Positions 1 through 6,811 of a stretch of 64,000 nucleotides of DNA are shown one piece after another. Below the pieces are notes generated by a model. That model was given only the letters and a program-made list of their open reading frames with translations, made no database searches and was not told the DNA's origin. Origin of the DNA: a virus (lineage: Duplodnaviria > Caudoviricetes); IMG/VR virus record IMGVR_UViG_2765235885_000002, positions 1,689-65,688 of that record; one strand, 5' to 3'. Numbering within the stretch: position 1 is the first letter of the stretch; every line of letters begins with the position of its first letter. The translations under genes and the position numbers were made by a program.

Positions 1-10
1 CACGACGGTA

Positions 11-69
11 CATCCATCTGGATGTTAAAACAATTCCCGGTTATGGCCTGCATTGCGTCCAGCTGGATG
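11..69. promoter_or_regulatory. Two related palindromic operator-like boxes
   Basis: CATCCA-TC-TGGATG (11-24, perfect) and CGTCCA-GC-TGGATG (56-69), directly followed by TATGCT (-10-like, 71-76). Confidence 0.55.
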
Positions 70-105
70 CTATGCTTTAGGTACACCACAACGAGGGAGA
101 AGAAA

Positions 106-354
106 ATGAGCACCAACCACCAGATCATCACCAACCACCTCGAAACCGCACTCGAGATGCACCGGAACATCCAGCTCGGAGCCTGGGATCACGCAATCAC
201 CGCGCTAGCCCTCGCATCCGCCGCCGAACTCCCCCTCCTGATCGAAGAGGCCGAGGGCATCATGGGCCGCATCGAGCACGACTACAACTGCAAGTGGTGC
301 GGCGGCGACCTGGACGCCGGCACCCCGCCCCAGAGCTTCTACTGCACCAACTGA
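106..354 (+). CDS. Hypothetical phage protein (82 aa) with C-terminal CxxC
   Basis: GAGGGAG RBS before ATG 106; followed by hairpin. Confidence 0.7.
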   Translation: MSTNHQIITNHLETALEMHRNIQLGAWDHAITALALASAAELPLLIEEAEGIMGRIEHDYNCKWCGGDLDAGTPPQSFYCTN

Positions 355-361
355 CCCGAGA

Positions 362-384
362 GGGGCCGGGGGATACCCGGCCCC
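362..384 (+). terminator. Intrinsic terminator-like hairpin
   Basis: Perfect 9-bp stem GGGGCCGGG/CCCGGCCCC just after the stop at 354. Confidence 0.6.
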
Positions 385-516
385 AGGCCGTCACTCTCGT
401 TCCTTCGCATAACGAACCATTCGCTTTGCCTGGCCTCGTTCGCGCAACTGCCGAATTCTTATGACTCATTGCTTCGCCGATCGAAACATCCGCTCTCCGA
501 CCCGAAAGGCCCGACC

Positions 517-699
517 ATGACCGACACCCTCATCGCCCGCACACTCCACATCAGCTCCGATCACTACGACCTCGACGCACTCCTCCAAGACGCAGAGATC
601 ACCTTCACCCCACGCGGTCGGCACGCCATCTTCGACGACGACGAGATCGACCTTCTGACCGAGCTCGCGCAACACCACCGCCTCAGGGAAGTCGGCTGA
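517..699 (+). CDS. Hypothetical protein (60 aa)
   Basis: GAAAGG RBS before ATG 517; strong GC3 bias. Confidence 0.7.
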   Translation: MTDTLIARTLHISSDHYDLDALLQDAEITFTPRGRHAIFDDDEIDLLTELAQHHRLREVG

Positions 700-769
700 C
701 CGCACCCGAAGTCAGTACTGTCCGTAACGAACTATCTTGACCTTCGGTCGAAACCAGCTCGAACGACGA

Positions 770-805
770 ATGCTCCCCACCACCCGCGAAGGTGATGGGG
801 AGCAT
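770..805. terminator. Bidirectional terminator-like hairpin between convergent genes
   Basis: ATGCTCCCCA-C-CACC / GGTG-A-TGGGGAGCAT, 15-bp stem with one mismatch. Confidence 0.7.
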
Positions 806-880
806 CTCTAACAAAGAGGCTGTGGCCTTGACGGCTGAGCTACCCCACCCATGCGGGTGGATCGTCCAGCACAGTTCGGT

Positions 881-1222
881 CTAGGCGGTGGGCTCTTCGG
901 CGACCGGCTCGGTGACGGTCTCGTCGGCCGGTGCCGGCGTTCCCGACAGTGCCTGCTCGAGAGCATCCGCGACACCACCGATCTTGTCGGCCGTCGCCTG
1001 ATCGAGGGTGGCCGCCTGGGCCGCATCCTCGCTGGCGTCGTTGTCGATGACAGCCTGAGCTTCGGCCTTCGCCTCACGGAGCTGCGAGACTGCCGAGCCG
1101 ATGACACCTTCGAGGCGTGCCAGTGCGTCGTCTACTGCGGTCATGAATTCCTCCTGCTGTTGAGCGAGCTCGGCGACTCCGGGTGGTGTGCCGAGTTGCC
1201 GCCATATCCATTCGCGGATCAT
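881..1222 (-). CDS. Acidic alanine-rich coiled-coil phage protein; possible second start at 1144
   Basis: Open frame with RBS at both ATG 1222 (AGGGGG) and ATG 1144 (AGGAGG). Confidence 0.75.
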   Translation of the reverse strand: MIREWIWRQLGTPPGVAELAQQQEEFMTAVDDALARLEGVIGSAVSQLREAKAEAQAVIDNDASEDAAQAATLDQATADKIGGVADALEQALSGTPAPADETVTEPVAEEPTA

Positions 1223-1287
1223 GGCGTGCCCCCTTTCGGTTGGGGATCTGTGAGCCCGGTTTCGGGCATGGGAAACGCCCGCACTGT

Positions 1288-1303
1288 TCGCACGGGTGTT
1301 CGA
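1288..1303. promoter_or_regulatory. LexA (SOS) box, near consensus
   Basis: TCGCAC-GGGT-GTTCGA vs actinobacterial consensus TCGAAC-N4-GTTCGA (1 mismatch); TAGCGT -10 at 1311-1316. Confidence 0.6.
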
Positions 1304-1384
1304 GTTCTGTTAGCGTGATGTCAGCGGGACGCGGTCAGGAAGGGAAGCCTGGATCGTGTCCCGCGACTACGTTCGGGAGGCGTC

Positions 1385-1609
1385 GTGGAGCTGTACCGGA
1401 TCGGCGACCGATGGGCCGAACCAGCCCCGAAGCGTTGCGCCGCAGGGCACGTGCTCGGGCCGCGGCAGGTACTCGTCGGGTCGCAAGTATGCGGCGCGGA
1501 ACACGGTCACCACCGCGCCCACACCTGCATCCAGTGCGGCTCTGTCGTGTACACGCCGCCCATGACCGCCGAATGCAGTGATAGTAGCTTCGACGGCCGC
1601 GCTCGGTAG
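1385..1609 (+). CDS. Small Cys/His-rich putative zinc-binding protein (74 aa)
   Basis: GGAGG RBS, GTG start; CxxGH...C...H...CxxC pattern. Confidence 0.75.
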   Translation: MELYRIGDRWAEPAPKRCAAGHVLGPRQVLVGSQVCGAEHGHHRAHTCIQCGSVVYTPPMTAECSDSSFDGRAR

Positions 1610-1610
1610 A

Positions 1611-2552
1611 TCAGGCGACCGAGCCGAGATACGCAGCGAGACCATGCGACGCATGGGTATCGAGGTTCAGCCGGCCTCTGTCGTAAATTCGGATCGTTGT
1701 CGAGATGTCCCGGTGCCGGGCGGCGAGCTGCACTTCCCGCAACGGGATACCCGCGTCGATGGCATTGGCGATCGCGCCGTGCCGCAGCGTATGCGGCGAC
1801 ACCACCATGTCGTTGATCGCAGCCTTGTTGGCGATGCGCTTCACGACCCGGTCCGCGGAACGACGAGTCATCCGCGTGCCGTCTCGACGGATGAACAACG
1901 CACCCTGCTTGTCCTCGAGCGATTCGATCACGGCATCGAGTGCACGCATGATCACCGGAGGCTGTGGCAGGGCGGCTGGATCGCCGCCCTTGCCGATGAA
2001 CGTGACGAGTCGATGCCCCTTCGAGTGATGCAGGACATCAGGAACGTTCAGCTCGCAGACTTCGCTAACGCGCATGCCGAGGTACGCCATCAGCCCGCAC
2101 ATCGCGTAGTCCGATACCGACGACTCGTACGCGGCCCGCAGGAACCGTTGCGTTTCCTCGCGGTTGAGGTGCACCTTCTGTGACAGGTCCAGCCTTGGCT
2201 TCGCCATGCGCACATTCCGGCACGGATTCTTGAAGATGTAGTCATCGTCGAGGGCGTACTCGTAGAACTGCCGCAGCGAGATGACGCGCCGGTTCACGCT
2301 GCGAGCGTTGTTCCCGCGGACGTCGGTCATGTAGCGGACGTACGCCTCGATCGTCATCCGGCGAGCGTGGAATGGGTGTAGGCCGTTGGCGTGCTCGGCG
2401 CACCATTCTCGGAACAGTCGGATATCCCGTCCGTACTCGACCCGGCTGGCGTCTCGGTAGCGGGACAGGAAGGCATCGATCAGCATCTCGAACTCGGCGT
2501 CATCCGGGATGGTGACGTTCGCGGGCAGACGGGTACCGTAATCGGCAGTCAT
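1611..2552 (-). CDS. Tyrosine recombinase, Xer-like (no arm-binding N-domain)
   Basis: Catalytic set visible: GMRVSE (R), GKG (K), HTLRH (HxxR), ARH (H), IRIYDR (Y); N-terminal core-binding domain; probable start ATG 2552. Confidence 0.93.
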   Translation of the reverse strand: MTADYGTRLPANVTIPDDAEFEMLIDAFLSRYRDASRVEYGRDIRLFREWCAEHANGLHPFHARRMTIEAYVRYMTDVRGNNARSVNRRVISLRQFYEYALDDDYIFKNPCRNVRMAKPRLDLSQKVHLNREETQRFLRAAYESSVSDYAMCGLMAYLGMRVSEVCELNVPDVLHHSKGHRLVTFIGKGGDPAALPQPPVIMRALDAVIESLEDKQGALFIRRDGTRMTRRSADRVVKRIANKAAINDMVVSPHTLRHGAIANAIDAGIPLREVQLAARHRDISTTIRIYDRGRLNLDTHASHGLAAYLGSVA

Positions 2553-2641
2553 AATCCAGGTCCATTCTGGTTGTGGCGAGGCCCCAGCTTTCGGTGTTCG
2601 CAGCACCTAGCTGGGGTCGACTTATTTCCAAGTCTCGCAAC

Positions 2642-2663
2642 ATCATACCGCGCGGCACCGACA
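2642..2663 (-). promoter_or_regulatory. PafBC/RecA-NDp-type DNA-damage promoter for the recombinase
   Basis: Minus strand TTGTCGG-TGCCGCGCGG-TATGAT = exact TGTCGG-N10-TANNNT. Confidence 0.75.
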
Positions 2664-2709
2664 AATAAGTGCCCATCCGATTGGTGTTATGCCCCGCGAT
2701 TGGGGAGTG

Positions 2710-2913
2710 TTAGGTGCGAGGCCCGTGCACAGCTTCGATCGCGTCTTCCAGGTTCGAGCGTTGTTGCGGAGTCGAGTTGTTCGCCAGTAGCTGCTTCATG
2801 AATGCGACGTGGTCGGCGTCTGCGTCGGACGGCGTCACGCCATCGAATAGCAACCACACGTGCTTCGTAGGGATTTCACTGTCGCGGATCATCTGTTCTG
2901 CCATCTCAGCCAT
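2710..2913 (-). CDS. Hypothetical protein (67 aa), probably leaderless
   Basis: TACGGT-N7-ATG at 2926-2911; no RBS. Confidence 0.55.
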   Translation of the reverse strand: MAEMAEQMIRDSEIPTKHVWLLFDGVTPSDADADHVAFMKQLLANNSTPQQRSNLEDAIEAVHGPRT

Positions 2914-2950
2914 GAGGAGCACCGTAGCGCGCCAGACCGGGCGGTACGGC

Positions 2951-3139
2951 ATGATGTCGCGGATGGAGACAGAGTCGGTCGTCGGTCGTTTCGCACGCTG
3001 GTGCCGCAAGGTCGTAGACGAAGACTCGGCACGGGTCGCGACACTGGGATGCGCCACGGGTTGCGGATCGATCTCGCGCGCCGTCGATGGTTGCTACTGC
3101 TCCGAGAAATGCAGGACCATCGACGCCTCGATGTGGTGA
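2951..3139 (+). CDS. Small Cys-rich hypothetical protein (start 2951 or 2963)
   Basis: Starts at repeat copy 1; CxxxC...CxCxxxC C-terminus. Confidence 0.5.
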   Translation: MMSRMETESVVGRFARWCRKVVDEDSARVATLGCATGCGSISRAVDGCYCSEKCRTIDASMW

Positions 3140-3167
3140 TCTCGAGTAGCGCGGCCCTTAGTACGGC

Positions 3168-3830
3168 ATGATGCGACCGATGGGACTACCGGCAAACCAG
3201 ATCTACAGCGTCAAGAGTCTCGCGGCCTTCTACGGGCTTCGACCACACCGGCTCAGCGAGGTCGCGCGGTGGGCGCAGCACCGCCACAAGAGCACGACCG
3301 AACTACGTTTGCCCTGGTGGAACTACGCCGCGATCGAAGCCGTCAGAACGGCCCTGCCATCGCACGCGAAAGTGTTCGAGTACGGCGGGGACGGATCAAC
3401 CCTCTGGCTTCATGATCTCGGCGCGGATCTGACGTCCGTCGAGCACGACCCCAGCTGGTACGACGTCCTGCGAGGTACCTTGCCAGCCGAATGCACGCTC
3501 ATCCACGAGGCAGCAGCACGCACCGGCACGATCTGTTCGCAGTCCACACCGGGACTGTTCTACGACGACTACGTCCACGCAATCGACGGCATCGAGGACG
3601 GAACTCTCGACCTCGTGATCGTCGACGGCCGCGCGCGAGTCGAGTGCGTGAAGGCGGCGAGAAGCAAGCTCGCAGCCGGTGGACTCATACTTCTCGATGA
3701 CTCGGACCGATCCCAGTACAGCCGAGCTGCCACTCTGCTCGCCGACTGGTCTCGATCCGACTACAGGGGCGCGAAGCCTGGTGGTGGTGGTGTCGTACAG
3801 ACCACGGTCTGGCGACGGGATAGGGCATGA
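3168..3830 (+). CDS. Class I SAM-dependent methyltransferase (small-molecule/glycan O-methyltransferase type)
   Basis: VFEYGGDGST motif I, SVEHD, LDLVIVDG, LILLDDS motifs. Confidence 0.85.
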   Translation: MMRPMGLPANQIYSVKSLAAFYGLRPHRLSEVARWAQHRHKSTTELRLPWWNYAAIEAVRTALPSHAKVFEYGGDGSTLWLHDLGADLTSVEHDPSWYDVLRGTLPAECTLIHEAAARTGTICSQSTPGLFYDDYVHAIDGIEDGTLDLVIVDGRARVECVKAARSKLAAGGLILLDDSDRSQYSRAATLLADWSRSDYRGAKPGGGGVVQTTVWRRDRA

Positions 3831-4042
3831 TGTCGCGCATGGGCATTCGGGCCGACGCGCGTGCATGGTGGCAGTTCATGGCCGCTACATGGGACCGCAG
3901 CCTCGCGAAACGTGAACGGCAGATCGAGGATGCCCAGTATCTGTGCCCGTACTGCCGCAGTCCCCGCTCCGAGTACGGTGCGGAGACCTGCGGCGAGACG
4001 GATTGCGTCCAGATCGCCAGGCTGGCGGACGACCCGATGTGA
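3827..4042 (+). CDS. Small Cys-rich hypothetical protein
   Basis: ATGA overlap with the methyltransferase; CPYC...CxxxxC. Confidence 0.6.
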   Translation: MMSRMGIRADARAWWQFMAATWDRSLAKRERQIEDAQYLCPYCRSPRSEYGAETCGETDCVQIARLADDPM

Positions 4043-4978
4043 CTACAGGACCGCTCTGATCGTGGAGAGTGGCACCTGTTTCCTGATTCCGTTGTCCATG
4101 ACGTACACGCCGATGACCGGGGTGAGTACACCGTCGCGAAGGATTTTGACGGCCGATACGACGCGGCGTGACGCATCGACGGCCGGGTCCCATATCGCGT
4201 CGAGGAATGCGATCGTCGCGGCCGACTGCGCAGCGTCCTGTCCGGTCGAGCTGTTGTGGTCACCACCGTCGGTTATCTGCACCGAGTTGACCGTGAGTTG
4301 AGCACCGTACTTGTCGCGCCAGACGATCGCGTTGGTGTTCGGCGGCACGGTGCCGTCTCCGGTCGCGTACTGCTGGATAGCCTTGCGCCCCGACCAGACT
4401 GAAGTGGCGACCTTCATGGGGTCGTATTCGTCGCTGATGGCAGCGAATTCGGTCGAGTTGGTGACTCCGTAAGCGGCGTTCAAGTTCGCGAGGTCAGTGC
4501 CGGTCGCAATGGCGTACCTGTTGGCGAGATCGAGTGTGCCGGACAGGCACACGAACCCGATGCACTTCGGTGCGATGGCCGGCTCCCGCGAAGCCAGGTA
4601 CGCTCCGACGAGCCCGCCCATCGACCGGCCTACCACCACGACCGGTCCGACCGACATCAGCGCGGACACGTCATCGAACAGTGCTCGGTACGCTGCGCGA
4701 CCGGCTGCGTTGCCCCAGTTCGCTCCCGCGCCTCGGCATTCAGCGAACGCCCATCCGTTGTCGATCAGCCAGTTTCGGAGTGCCGCGTAGCCGCTGCCGT
4801 TGGAGAACTGACCGTCCGCTGATGCGGGGTCGGATCCAGGGTTGCCGTGGCAGACGAGGGCGAGAGGGACAGATGCAGCCAGTTTCGCTGCGTTTCCCAC
4901 GACGTAGATGCCTGGCTCGCCAGCACTGGTCGTGTACGACGTGCTCGTGTACACGGTGCCGTTCGGTGTAGTCGGCAT
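4043..4978 (-). CDS. Alpha/beta-hydrolase (esterase/lipase), coupled to last tail gene
   Basis: CHG oxyanion region, GRSMGG nucleophile elbow, terminal DH motif; TGATG overlap with upstream gene. Confidence 0.85.
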   Translation of the reverse strand: MPTTPNGTVYTSTSYTTSAGEPGIYVVGNAAKLAASVPLALVCHGNPGSDPASADGQFSNGSGYAALRNWLIDNGWAFAECRGAGANWGNAAGRAAYRALFDDVSALMSVGPVVVVGRSMGGLVGAYLASREPAIAPKCIGFVCLSGTLDLANRYAIATGTDLANLNAAYGVTNSTEFAAISDEYDPMKVATSVWSGRKAIQQYATGDGTVPPNTNAIVWRDKYGAQLTVNSVQITDGGDHNSSTGQDAAQSAATIAFLDAIWDPAVDASRRVVSAVKILRDGVLTPVIGVYVMDNGIRKQVPLSTIRAVL

Positions 4979-6582
4979 CAGGCCAGACCCCACCGAGAAC
5001 GCAGGAACGTCTTGAGGTTGGCCTTCTCGGTGGTTGTGAGCAGGCGGTTGAAGACCAGGAGCGTTCCGATCGTGCCCTTGAGGAACGCGTCGACGCCCCC
5101 GCGGTTTCGTGCACCGACAAGCATGGTGCTGAGAGTCGAGGCGGACGACAGCGCGGAACCGTTGTGGGGAACGGCGGTGTCGACTTCGAGCTTTCCGGTG
5201 TTCGCTGCCGTGAACTCGGCGCAGAAGAGGTGCGGCGCTCCATTGTTGAGCTGATCGGAGGCGGAGGTCAACTGTTGGCCCGCGCGCGACATGATCCAGT
5301 TCTCGGACCCGCTCTTGCCGATCTCGAAACGGTTCGAGGTTCCGTCCGGGCCACCGACGAAGACCTGCGTCGTGGTGAGCGGGATGTGTCCGACGACGAA
5401 GACTGTGACGTCTGTGCCGCTGAGGCTCGGTAGGGCTGGTGTCGTGTAGTGCGTTGCGCCGCCAAACAGGGCTGCGCGTCTCGTGCCGATCGCGTTGTCG
5501 GTGGCGACGGCCCCAGCTCCCGATGCGAGCGCCAGGTTCCGTCCGTTGCCGGAAAGGTCCGCCCATGTCGTCATCGCGCCCGCCGCGACTTCGAGGGAGT
5601 CGAACCACATCATCGGCGAAAGGCTGGCGGGGGTGAACGCGGAAGGCTCGACAACGAACAGAACCTGTCCCGCCGTGATGGCCTGGTTCGGATTCTCGCT
5701 CACGACGATCGACGCGGCTGCTGGCGTACCCCATGCGACACCGTCAGCAGTCTTCACGGGCACCTGTCCCGTGGTGCCACCAGAGGGCAAACCGGACGCG
5801 ACAGTCCACAGCGCCAGCTCGGTCGCATCGAACTGTGCACGCGAGGTTCCCGCCGCGGTGCGCTTGCCGGTGGAGCCGTTCGGAAGTAGCACCGGGGCGT
5901 TGATCGCATACGCCGTCGACGGCTGCCAGAGCGGGGCATAACTGTTTGCAAGTACCTCTCCGAGTGGTGTCTCGGTGTCCCCTGCTGCATCTGCGATCTG
6001 CTCGACAGTCAGCCCGCCGCCAGTAGGAAGCAGAGCGCGCCCCGCTTCGAGCCACGCCTCCGGGTCGTCCTGCGGTCCGGCGAAGAACACCAACTCGTCG
6101 GCCTCGGTCTGGACGTCGACGACACCGAAACCCCTCGGGCCTCGGGTGATCTGCACCGCCGTCGACGACGGCGCAGTGTTCACCTGATCGGCGAGATCGA
6201 TGTCCACGCCTGCGACGGCCCAGAAGTAGATGTCGTTGATCTGAACGATCTTGTTGCCGTACTTCGGGTTGACGAACACCGCCTGCCACTGGAGCGATGC
6301 GACGTTGGTGTTCGATGCGTCAGGTGCCGGGACCGTGACGAAGTCGGTCGCGCCGTTGACGATGTCGCCCATCGGGCCGATCTCGATGTTGTCGAGTGTC
6401 GTCAGGACTTTGAGCTTCTTCCGGCCGGCGTCGTCGTACTGGAGTGGGGTGCCAGGCTTGACCATCGGCACCAACTTCAGCTGACCCGACAGTGCCTGAT
6501 CATCGGGCGCGATGTCGGAGTCGTTCCCGTCCTTGACGAGCGCGGTGATGTTCACCCGCACCTTGCAATATCCCAGCGGCAT
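4978..6582 (-). CDS. Minor tail protein / receptor-binding protein with C-terminal LamG/concanavalin-like domain
   Basis: Position at end of tail operon; WFDS...W.DLSGNGR and IG.LLVFNR.L LamG-like motifs. Confidence 0.75.
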   Translation of the reverse strand: MPLGYCKVRVNITALVKDGNDSDIAPDDQALSGQLKLVPMVKPGTPLQYDDAGRKKLKVLTTLDNIEIGPMGDIVNGATDFVTVPAPDASNTNVASLQWQAVFVNPKYGNKIVQINDIYFWAVAGVDIDLADQVNTAPSSTAVQITRGPRGFGVVDVQTEADELVFFAGPQDDPEAWLEAGRALLPTGGGLTVEQIADAAGDTETPLGEVLANSYAPLWQPSTAYAINAPVLLPNGSTGKRTAAGTSRAQFDATELALWTVASGLPSGGTTGQVPVKTADGVAWGTPAAASIVVSENPNQAITAGQVLFVVEPSAFTPASLSPMMWFDSLEVAAGAMTTWADLSGNGRNLALASGAGAVATDNAIGTRRAALFGGATHYTTPALPSLSGTDVTVFVVGHIPLTTTQVFVGGPDGTSNRFEIGKSGSENWIMSRAGQQLTSASDQLNNGAPHLFCAEFTAANTGKLEVDTAVPHNGSALSSASTLSTMLVGARNRGGVDAFLKGTIGTLLVFNRLLTTTEKANLKTFLRSRWGLA

Positions 6583-6585
6583 AGC

Positions 6586-6801
6586 TCAGACCTCACTTTC
6601 GATGTAGCCAGCAGGTTCGGGACCGATGCCGGCGTAGGCCTCCGGCTCGGGTACGACGAAGACCGGTTCGTAGGCGGGCAGCGGAACAGCTCGGCCGGTG
6701 AACGAGACGTCGGGACGATCGGTTCGGGTGATCACGAGCATGTCGCCGTCGCGATGCGCGGTGTACTCGAACCCTTCCTCGTCGGTGAATGCAGCTGACA
6801 T
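6586..6801 (-). CDS. Hypothetical tail-region protein
   Basis: AGGAG RBS; in tail operon. Confidence 0.7.
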   Translation of the reverse strand: MSAAFTDEEGFEYTAHRDGDMLVITRTDRPDVSFTGRAVPLPAYEPVFVVPEPEAYAGIGPEPAGYIESEV

Positions 6802-6811
6802 GGGAACGCTC

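Larger units (their letters stand above)
2948..3842 (+). repeat. Three copies of GGCATGATG-N6-ATGG at successive gene starts
   Basis: 2948-2966, 3165-3183, 3824-3842; copies 1 and 3 are 18/19 identical, copies 1 and 2 share GTACGGCATGATG. Confidence 0.8.

Noticed and set aside
410-735. TAACGAACYAT at 410-420 and 725-735 flanking the 60-aa gene as att or cassette ends
   Set aside because: Only 10/11 bp, no supporting symmetry; cannot be distinguished from chance
748-763. Second LexA box (TCGAAA-CCA-GCTCGA)
   Set aside because: Wrong spacer length and two mismatches; lies between convergent genes
2620-2670. 8-bp inverted repeat ACTTATTT/AAATAAGT around the recombinase promoter as an invertible switch or dif-like site
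   Set aside because: The 35-bp spacer is too long for a tyrosine-recombinase core and too short for inversion; poor match to mycobacterial dif. It could still be a regulatory binding site.
2714-3057. Full-length versions of the overlapping ORFs 2710-3057 (-) and 2714-3139 (+)
   Set aside because: They would overlap antisense for most of their length; shorter starts at 2913 and 2951/2963 have promoter-like signals and remove the overlap
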